DNA of 42,291 nt, taken from assembly GCA_049322255.1 (NCBI GenBank), contig JBMORE010000004.1:1-42291 (forward strand), written 5' to 3'. Of this stretch, positions 30,303-42,166 are shown piece by piece. Below the pieces are notes generated by a model that saw only the letters and a program-made list of their open reading frames with translations, searched no databases and was not told the origin of the DNA. The position numbers were made by a program, and so were the translations under genes. The first letter of the stretch is position 1; every line of letters begins with the position of its first letter. This stretch comes from Myxococcota bacterium (GTDB lineage Bacteria > Myxococcota > Myxococcia > Myxococcales > Myxococcaceae).

Positions 30303-32612
30303 ATGCGTGAATCCGCCACCGCCGTGGTCTCCACCCCCGCTTCGCGCGTCGATGCGGTGGACAAGGTGAAGGGGGTCGCCCGCTACGTCGACGACCTCGA
30401 GTTCCCCGGGATGCTCCACTGCAAAGTGGTGACCAGCGCCCACCCGCACGCCGAAATACTCTCCATCGACGTCTCCGAGGCCGCCGCCTCCCCCGGCGTC
30501 TTCTGCGTGCTCACCGCCAAGGACATTCCCGGCGAGAACCAAATCGGCGTCGCCACTTCCGACCAGCCACTGCTCGTAGAGACGAAGGCGCGGATGATGG
30601 CCGACCGCCTCGCCCTCGTCGCCGCCGACACGCCCCAGAACGCGCGCGCCGCGGCGAAGAAGGTGAAAGTCGAGTACCGGGTGCTGCCCACGGTGAGCGA
30701 TGTGGAGGCCGCGCTCGCCGAGGGCGCGGTGCCCATTCACGAGAAGGGAAACCTCCTCGCGAAAAAGCAGGTGGTGAAGGGCGACCCGGCGGCGGGCTGG
30801 GCGGAGTCGAAGGTGGTGGTCGAAGGCACCTACTCCACCGGCTACCAGGAGCACGCCTATCTGGAGAACAACGGGGTGGTGGCGGTGCCCGAGCAAGACG
30901 GAATGCTCACCGTGTACGCCTCGGCGCAGTGCCCCTTCTACATTCAAAAAGCGGTCGCCCGCGTGCTGGGCAAAGACCTGGCGGCGATTCGCTGCATCCA
31001 GGCCACCACCGGAGGGGCCTTCGGGGGCAAGGAGGACTACCCCAGCGAGCCGGCCGCCTGCGCCGCGCTGCTCGCCCACGTCACCGGCCGCCCGGTGAAG
31101 CTGGTCTACGACCGCACCGAGGACATCCTCTGGTCCTCCAAGCGCCACCCGATGAAGGTGGTGCACCGCATGGGGCTCGACGAGACCGGCCGCATCACCG
31201 CCTGTGAGGTGAAGCTCTATTGCGACGCGGGCGCCTACAACGGGCTGTCGGCGGTGGTGGCCGAGCGCGCCAACGCCACCGCGCTAGGGCCCTACCGGGT
31301 GCCGCACGTGCGGGTGGACACCTTCGTCGTCTACACCAACAACCTCTTCGGAGGCGCCTTCCGCGGCTTCGGCTCGCCGCAAGTGACTTTCGCCATGGAG
31401 AGCCAGCTCGACGAAGCAGCGGCCAAGCTGGGCCTGAGCCCGGCGGAGATTCGCCGGAAAAACCTGCTTGTGGTGGGTGACGCCACCGCCACCAGCCAGG
31501 TCTTGCCCGAGAGCGTGGGCGCGCTCGAGTCACTGGAGCTGGCATTGAAAAAGAGCGCTTTCGAGAGGAAGCGCGCCGAGCTGGCCGCATTCAACGCCCA
31601 CAGCCGCGACGTGAAGAAAGGCATCGGCATCGGCTGCTGCATGTATGGCTGCTGTCTGCATGCGGGCGGGCAGTTTCTCGAGGGCAGCGGCTCGCTCTTG
31701 CACATCCGCCCCGACGGCTCGGTCAACGTCGCCATCGGCGGCACCGAGATTGGCCAGGGCGCTTTTACCGTGGTGGCGCAGCTCGCCGCCGAGGAGTTGG
31801 GCTGCACGCTCTCCGCCGTCCGGGTGGTGCCGGTGAACACCGACCTGGTGCCCGACTCGGGGCCGACGGTGGCCAGCCGCACCACGGTGATGAGCGGCAA
31901 CGCGGTGCTCGATGCCGCCCGCGAGCTCAAGTCACGCATGCGGGAGGTGGCGGCGAAGAAGCTCGACGTCCCCGTCGAGAAGCTTCTCGCCCGCGACGGT
32001 GAGCTCTTCGCCGAGGGCGCGCCTCTCAAACGTCTTTCCTTCAAGGAAGTGGCCAAGGCCTGCTACGAGCGGAAAGTGAACCTCACCGCCGAGGGCTGGT
32101 TCGCCCCGCCGCGTAAAGAGTGGAACGAGGTGATGGGAGTGGGCGAGGCGTACTCGGTGTACTGCTTCGCCACCCAAATCGCCGAGGTGACGGTGGACTT
32201 GCGCAGCGGGCGAGTCATCGTCGACCACGTCACCGCCGCCCACGACGTCGGGCGAGCCATCAACCCCGCCACCCTCACCGGCCAAATCGAAGGCGGCATC
32301 GTGCAGGGGCTGGGCTGGGCGGTGATGGAAGAGCTCAAGGTCGTCGACGGCCGCTGCCAAAACCCCAACTTCACCGACTACCTCATTCCCAGCGCGCCCG
32401 ACGCGCCCAGCGTCGACGCCATCCTCGTCGAGCAGCCCTGGAGCAAAGGCCCTTATGGTGCCAAGGGCGTGGGCGAGCCGTCGCTCATCCCCGTGGCGGC
32501 GGCGGTCGCCAACGCCGTCTCCTTCGCCTGTGCTCACCGCTTCACCCACGTCCCCCTCACTCCGGAACGGCTGCTGACCACTCTGGAGGAAGCGGGCAAG
32601 CTGGAGAGCTGA
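30303..32612 (+). CDS. Xanthine dehydrogenase family molybdopterin-binding subunit
   Basis: QEHAYLE, GGAFGGKED, VAERA, AFRGFG, TEIGQG, ASRTT and AKGVGE. The Glu (GGKE) and Arg (ERA) typical of purine-hydroxylating enzymes appear retained. Confidence 0.93.
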   Translation: MRESATAVVSTPASRVDAVDKVKGVARYVDDLEFPGMLHCKVVTSAHPHAEILSIDVSEAAASPGVFCVLTAKDIPGENQIGVATSDQPLLVETKARMMADRLALVAADTPQNARAAAKKVKVEYRVLPTVSDVEAALAEGAVPIHEKGNLLAKKQVVKGDPAAGWAESKVVVEGTYSTGYQEHAYLENNGVVAVPEQDGMLTVYASAQCPFYIQKAVARVLGKDLAAIRCIQATTGGAFGGKEDYPSEPAACAALLAHVTGRPVKLVYDRTEDILWSSKRHPMKVVHRMGLDETGRITACEVKLYCDAGAYNGLSAVVAERANATALGPYRVPHVRVDTFVVYTNNLFGGAFRGFGSPQVTFAMESQLDEAAAKLGLSPAEIRRKNLLVVGDATATSQVLPESVGALESLELALKKSAFERKRAELAAFNAHSRDVKKGIGIGCCMYGCCLHAGGQFLEGSGSLLHIRPDGSVNVAIGGTEIGQGAFTVVAQLAAEELGCTLSAVRVVPVNTDLVPDSGPTVASRTTVMSGNAVLDAARELKSRMREVAAKKLDVPVEKLLARDGELFAEGAPLKRLSFKEVAKACYERKVNLTAEGWFAPPRKEWNEVMGVGEAYSVYCFATQIAEVTVDLRSGRVIVDHVTAAHDVGRAINPATLTGQIEGGIVQGLGWAVMEELKVVDGRCQNPNFTDYLIPSAPDAPSVDAILVEQPWSKGPYGAKGVGEPSLIPVAAAVANAVSFACAHRFTHVPLTPERLLTTLEEAGKLES

Positions 32613-32689
32613 TTGGACGGCAGGCGCAGGCGGCCCGCACGCTCGGCTTCACCGTCATCGGAGTCTGAACACGGTAGACTCGCGTCGCC

Positions 32690-34692
<2,003 letters not shown>

Positions 34693-34696
<4 letters not shown>

Positions 34697-35430
34697 AACG
34701 TCTGCTCATCGTCAACGCCGACGACCTCGGCTACGACCCGGCGGTCAATCGCGGCATCCTCGAAGCGATGCGCGGAGGGCTGGTGGGCTCAGCCACCCTG
34801 ATGGTGAACACCCCACACGCCGAGGAGGCCGCCAACGCCGCCCAAGGGCTGGCCGTCGGGCTGCACTTGAACCTCGCCCGCTTCGCCCCGGTGGGGAGCG
34901 ACTTTCCCGACACCCTGCTCGCAAACGGTCACTTCTCCGAGGCGCGCGCGAGCGAGCTTCCGCCGGAGGTGGTGGAGAAAGAAGCCCTCGCCCAATTGGC
35001 GCGGCTGGAGGCGTTGTTGGGCAGGCCACCCACGCACCTGGACAGCCACAAGCACTTGCACCGACGCCCCAACATCCTTGAAGGGGTGGCCGCCGCCGCC
35101 TGGCGACGGGGTCTGCCGGTGCGCGCCGTCGACGAAGCGATGCGCGTTTTCTTGCGGGGCCGGAAGATACCCACCACCGACCACTTCGTCGGCGATGCGG
35201 GCGCAGAGGCGTACTGGACGCTCGAGCGCCTGCGGCAAATTCTCGAGGCCCTTCCCCCATCAGGAACGGTGGAGCTCATGTGTCACCCCGGCTACGCGCC
35301 CATCTCTCTCACCAGCGGCTACGCCGCCCAGCGCGAGGTGGAGCTTAAGACCTTCACCCATCCCGCAGCGCGCCAGCTGGTGGAGCGGCTGGGCTTTAAG
35401 CTCGGGGACTTCTCGATGTTGGTGCGTTAA
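34693..35430 (+). CDS. YdjC/ChbG-family carbohydrate deacetylase
   Basis: LIVNADDLG, VGLHLNL, PTHLDSHKH and ELMCHPGY. ATGA overlap with the kinase. Confidence 0.93.
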
Positions 35431-37286
35431 GCGTCGCGCGCCTCGGACAACATCTGGCTTGCGCCCACACTCAAGGCGCGGGTCACCGCCTCGCCCAGCG
35501 CCTCCGTCTTCTCGGCGTGGAGGAAGACGCCGCCGCCCAGCGGAGCCCACGAGGGGAGCGCCCCGCCCAAAAGCACCAGGGGCACCGGCCGCACCCAGGG
35601 CAGCCGCGAGAGCGTCTGCGCGAAGAGCTCTCCGTAAGGGAGCGAGCCGCTCAAGACGACCGCGTCCACCGGCGCGTGCCCCATCGCCTCCAACGCCCGC
35701 ACCCCGTCGGCGGCCCGCCAGACCTCGAAGCGCAATAGTCGCAGCACCTGCTCGGCAGCGCCCAGGCGTGCCCCGTCTTCGTCCACCACCAGAATGCGCG
35801 GCGAGCGCGCGCGCACCTCGGCTTCGCTCATGCGCGGCAGGGCCACGGTGAAGGTCGAGCCTTTGCCCTCGACCGAGCGCACCGTCAGCTCGCCCCCGTG
35901 AAGCCGGGCGATGCTGCGGCTGATGAACAAGCCCAACCCCAGCCCACCAAAATGGCGGTGGGAGGAGTTGCGCGCCCGGCAGAACCGCTCGAATACCCGG
36001 CCCTGGTCAGCGGCGGGAATGCCGATGCCCGCATCCTCCACGCGAGCGAACGCCTCGACGCGCGTCGCTTCCAGCCGCACCACCACCGGCCGCAGAGCGG
36101 CGCTGTACTTGTGCGCGTTTTCCAAAAGGTTCACCACCACCTGTTCCAGCCGCGCGCGGTCGCCCCGCACCCACACCGGCTCTCTGGGCAGCGTCAGGTG
36201 GAACTCGCGCTCGCTGGCGAGGCGAAACTCGTCGACCACGTCGGCCAGCACCTGCGACAGCTCGAGCGGCGTCCCCGCGAAGGAAAGCTGGCCCAGCTCC
36301 AGCTTGGAGGCATCGAGCAGCTCGTTGACCAACCCCGCCAGCCGGTCCACCTGCCGCTTGGACTTGATGACGGTGGCCAACTCAACGTCCTGGCCCTGCG
36401 CGATGCGCCGCTCCATCAGGGAGAGGCACATCTTCAACGGAGTGAGGGGCGTCTTGAGCTCGTGCGAGGCGATGCTCATGAACTCGTCCCGCACCCGTAA
36501 GGCGGACTGGGCCTCCTTGAGCAAGCGCGCGTTCTCCACCGCCACCGCGAGCTGGGCCGCCGCCGCCGACCACAGGTCGAGCTCTCGCACCGAGAAGGAG
36601 GCTTGGGCGTCCTTGTAGAGAACGAGGAGGCCGACCGTGCGGCGCTGCGCGGAGAGAGGAACCGCCGCGAACATCATGCCGGCGGCAGAGCCGGTGCGCG
36701 TCACCCCCAGCTCGGGTTCGCCGGTGGCCACCGCCTGTTGGAACGCTCCCGGGGGCAGCGCTGCGGGCGCCTCCCGCCGCGGCTCGGCGAGGTCGGAGGC
36801 GGCCACCCGGCGCAAGCGTCGCTCCTCCACCAAGTACACCTCGGCGCGCGACACCTGGGCGCAGCGCACCATCGCCAGCACCGCCGAAGCGCACACCGCG
36901 TCGACGTCGAGCGTCTCGGCCAGCGCGCGGCCGATTTCCTGCAACGCCCGGGCGAACGCCGCGTCGTCGTCGAGCCCCGCCGGCTCGAACACCACCCACG
37001 CCACTCCCTCCACATCGCCTGCAGGCCGCACGCGTGCCCTCATCTGGCGCAGCGCGCAAGTGACCACCACCACCTCGTAGACGGCACCCATGGCAATGGC
37101 GCGCTCCAGCTCTTCCCGCGCCACCGACGGCTCGAGCGCCTCGGCCAGCCGCTGGCCCGCCTCCAGCGTCAGCCCCGTCTTCGCCCCGAAGTCGGAGGCG
37201 ACCCACAGCACCTGCCCCTGCGCATCGACGCGCGCCGCCGCCTGGGGAAGGCAGGCCAACAGGTCGGTCAGCTCGGAACGGTCCAT
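35427..37286 (-). CDS. Hybrid sensor histidine kinase (PAS-like, GAF, HisKA, HATPase, degenerate receiver)
   Basis: [33 protein letters not shown] and GKGSTF, with a REC-like tail RILVVDED. Start is 37286 or 37304. Confidence 0.9.
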   Translation of the reverse strand: MDRSELTDLLACLPQAAARVDAQGQVLWVASDFGAKTGLTLEAGQRLAEALEPSVAREELERAIAMGAVYEVVVVTCALRQMRARVRPAGDVEGVAWVVFEPAGLDDDAAFARALQEIGRALAETLDVDAVCASAVLAMVRCAQVSRAEVYLVEERRLRRVAASDLAEPRREAPAALPPGAFQQAVATGEPELGVTRTGSAAGMMFAAVPLSAQRRTVGLLVLYKDAQASFSVRELDLWSAAAAQLAVAVENARLLKEAQSALRVRDEFMSIASHELKTPLTPLKMCLSLMERRIAQGQDVELATVIKSKRQVDRLAGLVNELLDASKLELGQLSFAGTPLELSQVLADVVDEFRLASEREFHLTLPREPVWVRGDRARLEQVVVNLLENAHKYSAALRPVVVRLEATRVEAFARVEDAGIGIPAADQGRVFERFCRARNSSHRHFGGLGLGLFISRSIARLHGGELTVRSVEGKGSTFTVALPRMSEAEVRARSPRILVVDEDGARLGAAEQVLRLLRFEVWRAADGVRALEAMGHAPVDAVVLSGSLPYGELFAQTLSRLPWVRPVPLVLLGGALPSWAPLGGGVFLHAEKTEALGEAVTRALSVGASQMLSEARDA

Positions 37287-37391
37287 GTGCGTTGACCGCT
37301 CCATAGGTAGGAACTGCCCGCCTGAACGGCAAGCAGGCTCGAGCACCGGCGTTCCAAAGACAACTCGAGCGTCGGCTTGCCGACACGAGGG

Positions 37392-37727
37392 TCAGCGTCG
37401 GGTGTTGAACGGTCGACTGCCCAACGCCTCGTCGATGGCCCGCGCGCTCGCCGCTGACAGCCGAAGGAAGCGAATCCCCATGCCCTTGTCGGCCACCCCG
37501 TCACCACGAGCGACCCAGCGCACCTCTCCCACCGCCTCCACCTTGCCGGTGGGTAGCTCGAACTCGAGGTGCACCTGCTTGCCGACGGGGACGAACACGC
37601 TGGTCTCGAGGAACAGCCCGGTGCCCGAGAGGTCGACGATGCGGCCCGCGAGGTTGGTGCTGGCGCCTCCGCCACGGAAGCGGGCGCTGCACTCGATGCG
37701 CCGGGTCTGCCGCCTGGGGTCGTTCAT
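37392..37727 (-). CDS. Stand-alone PilZ-domain protein
   Basis: RRQTR (RxxxR), DLSGTG (DxSxxG), GEVRW and GMGIRF. Confidence 0.9.
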   Translation of the reverse strand: MNDPRRQTRRIECSARFRGGGASTNLAGRIVDLSGTGLFLETSVFVPVGKQVHLEFELPTGKVEAVGEVRWVARGDGVADKGMGIRFLRLSAASARAIDEALGSRPFNTRR

Positions 37728-37815
37728 CGTCGGCTCACATGCAAGACGAGGAGCGCTGGCGGGTCAAGCACGCGAAGCCTCGACGCACGGCAGCGGCTCG
37801 GCTAGAGGAAGCGCC

Positions 37816-38190
37816 ATGCCCAGCCAGCCCTCCAAGTCGCTGGAGACCTTCCCCAACCCCGTGCCCAAGCGCGACTACGAGATTTCCTTCGACTGCCCGG
37901 AGTTCACCTGCCTTTGCCCGCTCACCGGCCAGCCCGACTTCGCGCGCTTCAAGATTCGCTACGTGCCCGACCGGCTGTGCGTCGAGCTCAAAAGCCTCAA
38001 GCTTTATCTATGGTCCTACCGCAACGAGGGCGCCTTCCACGAGGCGGTGACCAACCGCATTCTCGACGACTTGGTGGCGGCGGTGAAGCCGCGGTGGATG
38101 GTGGTGGAGGGTGACTGGTTCATCCGCGGCGGCATCGGCACCGTGGTGACCGCGCGCTATGAGAAGCGCGACAAGCCCGCGCGCGGCTAG
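37816..38190 (+). CDS. queF: preQ0 reductase (type I QueF)
   Basis: [27 protein letters not shown] and RGGI. GAGGA RBS before ATG 37816. Confidence 0.96.
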   Translation: MPSQPSKSLETFPNPVPKRDYEISFDCPEFTCLCPLTGQPDFARFKIRYVPDRLCVELKSLKLYLWSYRNEGAFHEAVTNRILDDLVAAVKPRWMVVEGDWFIRGGIGTVVTARYEKRDKPARG

Positions 38191-38218
38191 CGTCCTTCCG
38201 TCAGAAGTTTGCCCATCG

Positions 38219-39313
38219 CTACTTTCCTTTGAGCGTCCACAGCGCGTTGAACAGCGGCAGCCACTTGGCCTGCGTCCAGTAGAGCGCCGCCCCGCCCGCG
38301 GCGAGCATCGCCACCGCCCAGCGCAGCCGCCCCTTGTGCGGCCAGCGGACGCGGTCGAACTGGTCGACCAAGGCCAGCTCGCGGCCGGTGAGTCGGGCCA
38401 GCGCCTCCGTTTCGGTGAGCCGCTTGCGGTGGCGAAGGAAAGCCAACAAGAGAGCGCTTTGCGACACCTTCACCGAGCGGGCCAAGTACACCTCGAGGTC
38501 GCGCCGCAGCGCCGAGGCCTCGAAGTAGCGGTCGTTGGGCTTGTTACGCATCGCGCGCTGCACTGCCGCGCGCAGCGCTGGGGGCACCTGGGGCGCAGCC
38601 TTGCTCAGCTTCTTGTACTTGCCGTCGCGGACCTTGGCGAAGATCTCTCCCGCCGAGGTACCCACGAAGGGTTTTTCGCCCGTCAGGCATTCGTAGAGCA
38701 CCACCCCCAGCGAATAGATGTCGGTGCGCGGGTCGAGCGGGGCGCCCACCACCTGCTCGGGCGACATGTACGCCGGGGTACCCACAGCCATGCCCTTCTT
38801 GGTGAGGGCGTCGAGCTCCTCGTCCTTGGCGATGCCGAAGTCCATCAGCTTCACCTCGCCCCAGCGGGTGAGCATGATGTTCGACGGCTTCAAGTCGCGG
38901 TGGATGATGCGGTGGAAGTGCGCATGGTCGAGCGCGCTGGCCAACTGGTCGCCAATCACCGCCGTCACCTCCGGCGGAATCGGCCCCTCGCGGAGCAGCT
39001 CAGAGAGGGTGGGGCCGTCGACGAGCTCCATGATCATGAACAGCCCGTCGTTCTTCTCCACCAGGTCGTAGAGGGTGACGATGTTCTGGTGGCGAAAGGC
39101 AGCCAGCGCCAGCGCCTCGCGGCGGAAGCGCGAGAGGGTCTCCTTGTCCTTCTCGCCGCCGGGGAGGAGCTCTTTGATGGCCACCTCGCGCTGCAGCGAC
39201 TCGTGCACCCCCCGGTAGACGATGGCCATACCACCCCGCCCGAGCTCGTCGAGCAAACGGCAGGCGCCCACCTTGCGCACCCGCCGCCCTTCTTTCTCTT
39301 TGGCGCTGCTCAC
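38219..39313 (-). CDS. Ser/Thr protein kinase with C-terminal TM
   Basis: LGRGGMAIVY, VAIKE, HRDLKPSN, DFG and GTPAYMSPE. Confidence 0.93.
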   Translation of the reverse strand: MSSAKEKEGRRVRKVGACRLLDELGRGGMAIVYRGVHESLQREVAIKELLPGGEKDKETLSRFRREALALAAFRHQNIVTLYDLVEKNDGLFMIMELVDGPTLSELLREGPIPPEVTAVIGDQLASALDHAHFHRIIHRDLKPSNIMLTRWGEVKLMDFGIAKDEELDALTKKGMAVGTPAYMSPEQVVGAPLDPRTDIYSLGVVLYECLTGEKPFVGTSAGEIFAKVRDGKYKKLSKAAPQVPPALRAAVQRAMRNKPNDRYFEASALRRDLEVYLARSVKVSQSALLLAFLRHRKRLTETEALARLTGRELALVDQFDRVRWPHKGRLRWAVAMLAAGGAALYWTQAKWLPLFNALWTLKGK

Positions 39314-39385
39314 CTGGGGCCGAAGGGTAACCCATATGAAGCCAGTTGACTTGCAGCCCTCGCGCTGCCGAAGGTCGGTACCCTC

Positions 39386-40156
39386 GTGGAGCTCTTGCGC
39401 CTAGAACGCGCGGTCATCGGGTACCGCCAACCGCTCCTGCCCCCGCTGGAGCTCACCGTCCGCCAAGGCCAGCGCCTGGCGGTGCTGGGTCCCAACGGCT
39501 CGGGGAAAACGACCCTCTTGCGCAGCCTCTTGGGGCTGGTGCCGCTCTTGGAGGGCCGCCGCACGTTGCCGGATACCTCGCTGCGGCTGGGCTACGTGCC
39601 CCAGGCGCATCGGGCTGACCCGGTGTACCCGCTCACCGCGTTTCAGGTCACGTTGCAGGGACGCTACGGGCTCATCGGGCTGGGCCGCTTCACCGCCGCC
39701 AAAGACCGTCAGCTGGCGATGGAGAAGCTTAAGCGCGTAGGCATGGCCCACAAGGCGGGCGCGCCTTTTCGCGCCCTGTCGGGAGGAGAGCGCCAACGGG
39801 TGCTGCTCGCCCGGGCGCTGTGCGGCGAGCCGGCCCTCTTGGTGCTCGACGAGTTCACCTCCGACTTGGACCCGGCGGCTTCGGCGGCGCTGCTCGAAGA
39901 AGTCGCCGAGCTCGCCGACAAAGCCAGGGTGTCTGTGGTGTTCGTGACCCACGAAATCGCCGCCGCCGCCGCGCACGCCACCCAAGTCGCCCTGGTGGAC
40001 ACGCGCACCCAGGTGTTCGAGACCGGCCCCGCCGAAGGGCTACTCACCTCCGAGCGCATGAGCCGCCTCTACGGACGGCCGGTGCGCATCGAGCGCATCG
40101 ACGGGCGCACCCAAGTCTTCGTCGAGGCCCGCGCCCACGACAGGGGAGCACCGTGA
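39386..40156 (+). CDS. Metal (Zn/Mn) ABC transporter ATP-binding protein
   Basis: GPNGSGKTT, LGYVPQ, LSGGERQR, LVLDE and VTH. Confidence 0.92.
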   Translation: MELLRLERAVIGYRQPLLPPLELTVRQGQRLAVLGPNGSGKTTLLRSLLGLVPLLEGRRTLPDTSLRLGYVPQAHRADPVYPLTAFQVTLQGRYGLIGLGRFTAAKDRQLAMEKLKRVGMAHKAGAPFRALSGGERQRVLLARALCGEPALLVLDEFTSDLDPAASAALLEEVAELADKARVSVVFVTHEIAAAAAHATQVALVDTRTQVFETGPAEGLLTSERMSRLYGRPVRIERIDGRTQVFVEARAHDRGAP

Positions 40157-41019
40157 ACGAGCCGGTGGACTTCGCCACCTTCTGGGCGCTCTTCGGGCCG
40201 GCGGTGCTGGCCGCCCTGGTGGCCGCCACCCTGTGCGGCTTCCTCGGCTTCTTCGTGGTCACCCGGCGCATCGCCTTCGTCTCTGCGGCGTTGGGTCAGG
40301 TTTCCGGGTTGGGAGTGGCCGCCGGCTTCTTCGTGGGCAGCCTCTTCGGAGCTGACCCGCACGAGCCCACTCCGCTGTGGCTCGACCCGGTGGTGCTGGC
40401 GCTGGTGCTCACCGCCTGGGTGGCGATGGCGCTCGCTTACGTCACGCGGGTGCAACGTGCTCCGGCGGAGAGCGCGGTGGCGGTGGTGTACTTGGTAGCC
40501 ACCGCGTTGGCGATTCTCCTCCTCGCCAGCCCGCGGCTCGCGCTGGAAAAGCATGAAGTGGAGATGCTCCTGTTCGGCAACGCGGTGGCGGTGACCAACG
40601 AGCACCTGGTGGAACTGGGGGTGGTCGCCGCCTTGGTGCTCGTCTCCCAGGTGTTCCTCTTCAAGGACCTCGTCTTCGTCTCCTTCGACCGCGAGATGGC
40701 CAAGACCCTGGGCCTTCCCGTCACCACTCTCGAATTGACGTTGCACGTCTCGGTCGGCGTCTCGGTGGCGGTGGCCACCCGGGCGATCGGCGCCCTCCCC
40801 GTGTTCGGCTTTCTGGTGCTACCGGCCGGCGCGGCGCTGCTCGTCTCCGACTCGGTTCGGGGCGTGCTCCTTCTTTCCATCCTGGGCGCGGTCATCGCCG
40901 CGGCGACCGGCTTCTACGTGTCCTTCGTCGAATCGGTTCCCACCGGGCCGACGATGGTGGTGGTCGCCGCCGCATACTGGCCGGTGGCGGCGCTGGCGCG
41001 CTACCTCTCCACCCGCTAG
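40153..41019 (+). CDS. Metal ABC transporter permease (ZnuB-like)
   Basis: GFFVVTRRIAF, LLFGN, SFDREMAKTLG, IGALPV and PTGP; multi-TM. GTGA overlap with the ATPase. Confidence 0.9.
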   Translation: MNEPVDFATFWALFGPAVLAALVAATLCGFLGFFVVTRRIAFVSAALGQVSGLGVAAGFFVGSLFGADPHEPTPLWLDPVVLALVLTAWVAMALAYVTRVQRAPAESAVAVVYLVATALAILLLASPRLALEKHEVEMLLFGNAVAVTNEHLVELGVVAALVLVSQVFLFKDLVFVSFDREMAKTLGLPVTTLELTLHVSVGVSVAVATRAIGALPVFGFLVLPAGAALLVSDSVRGVLLLSILGAVIAAATGFYVSFVESVPTGPTMVVVAAAYWPVAALARYLSTR

Positions 41020-41027
41020 CAAAGCTT

Positions 41028-41171
41028 TCACTGCAGAGGCGTGCCCCGCTCTCCGACCCCGAGCGCAAAAACGAGTGCCCTGTCGATCTCGGCGAGCTTG
41101 GCCTCCGAGAGCGTCGTGAGCTGCGGGCCCACGTTGGGCTTCTGGAGAGTGAAAACGTTGTGCAGATTGAA
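41028..41171 (-). pseudogene. 3' fragment of a MazF/PemK-family toxin
   Basis: Manual translation FNLHNVFTLQKPNVGPQLTTLSEAKLAEIDRALVFALGVGERGTPLQ* resembles PemK/MazF C-termini. No recognisable N-terminus or antitoxin. Confidence 0.7.
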
Positions 41172-41190
41172 GCCGACAAGGCGTTTCGAA

Positions 41191-41370
41191 TCATCGAATC
41201 GATGAGCCCGGCGGCAGCGTCGGCCGGCCGAGCACCATCGCCTGGGCCGCCATCACCCAGAGAAGAACGCCTGCAGCGAGGATGGAGAAAATCAGACCGA
41301 GGGCGACCAGCGACACCACCAGTCGGGCGAACGGGTCGGCAGCAGGGGCAGCGAAGAGAAGCGAGCTCAT
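41191..41370 (-). CDS. 59-aa hydrophobic small protein
   Basis: MSSLLFAAPAADPFARLVVSLVALGLIFSILAAGVLLWVMAAQAMVLGRPTLPPGSSIR*. Falls just below the ORF-track cutoff; one long TM segment; weak RBS. Confidence 0.45.
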   Translation of the reverse strand: MSSLLFAAPAADPFARLVVSLVALGLIFSILAAGVLLWVMAAQAMVLGRPTLPPGSSIR

Positions 41371-41474
41371 GAGCGGGTTGACCCTAGCTTAGAGCGCGTC
41401 CGGTAATTCGGCGAGCTGGCGCTTTGTCTCGCCGCCGTGAGCGAGCGGCTGATTCGGGCGGTCGGGTACCCGTA

Positions 41475-42041
41475 TCATCCAACCAGCACCTCGCCGTTCC
41501 GCTTCACCATCTCTCGGGCCAGCTTGTTGAGGTTGAAGCCCAGCACCGCCATCTGGCCGCACGTACCCATCTTGCGCGCCGAACGGGCTGGCGGCCGGTG
41601 GAATCCGTACCGGCTGCTCTTCACCGCTCCGATGCCTGCCTCCACCCGCGCCCTCTCTTTGACCAACTCGTCCTTCTTCCTCCCTCGCACTGCCCAACTC
41701 GCCTGGCCCAGGGGGGCCAGTCCCACATGCTTCACGCCCTTCCGCTTCAGCTCGGTGACATTCGCCCTGCTCCAGCCTCCGCGGTCGTATGCGTAGCCAG
41801 TCGGTGGTTTGCCGAACAGATGGATGCAGTCGTCCACCGCCTTCACTGCGAACGTTGTGTCGGTCAGTTCCTTGCGGTTCATCGCCATCGTGGCGAGCAA
41901 GAAGCCGCCACGCAACCGTACCAACCCCCACTTCAGGCCGAGCTCCATCACCCGGTGGTTCTCGTCGAGCGGGATGGTCGGTCGCTTCGAATACGGAATG
42001 AGCTCCCGCTGGCGGCTGCCGCCGCTGTTGCGTTTGGCCAT
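41475..42041 (-). pseudogene. IS5-like DDE transposase with in-frame internal deletion (188 aa)
   Basis: GGAGG RBS before ATG 42041. N-terminus MAKR...PTIPLDENHR is joined to the C-terminal part ELGLKWG...YAYDRG...RARVEAGIGAVK..YGF...NLNKL. Confidence 0.75.
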
Positions 42042-42142
42042 GTGTGACCTCCAGAGCCACCTGCCGGCGACTGGCCATCCAACTTGGGGGCCCGTCCTCG
42101 GGCTTCCCTTGCTGGGCGTTTGTTTTTGATGCGCGTTCCATA

Positions 42143-42166
42143 TGTATTTATGCCTGTATTTGTGCC
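42143..42166. repeat. Tandem 12-mer in AT-rich patch
   Basis: TGTATTTATGCC TGTATTTGTGCC (11/12 identical). Confidence 0.6.

Noticed and set aside
28701..32612. Selenocysteine read-through in xdh subunits
   Set aside because: All three ORFs are full length with no internal TGA needing recoding.
37728..37815. preQ1 riboswitch upstream of queF
   Set aside because: The GC-rich spacer lacks the short stem-loop plus A-rich tail of preQ1-I aptamers.
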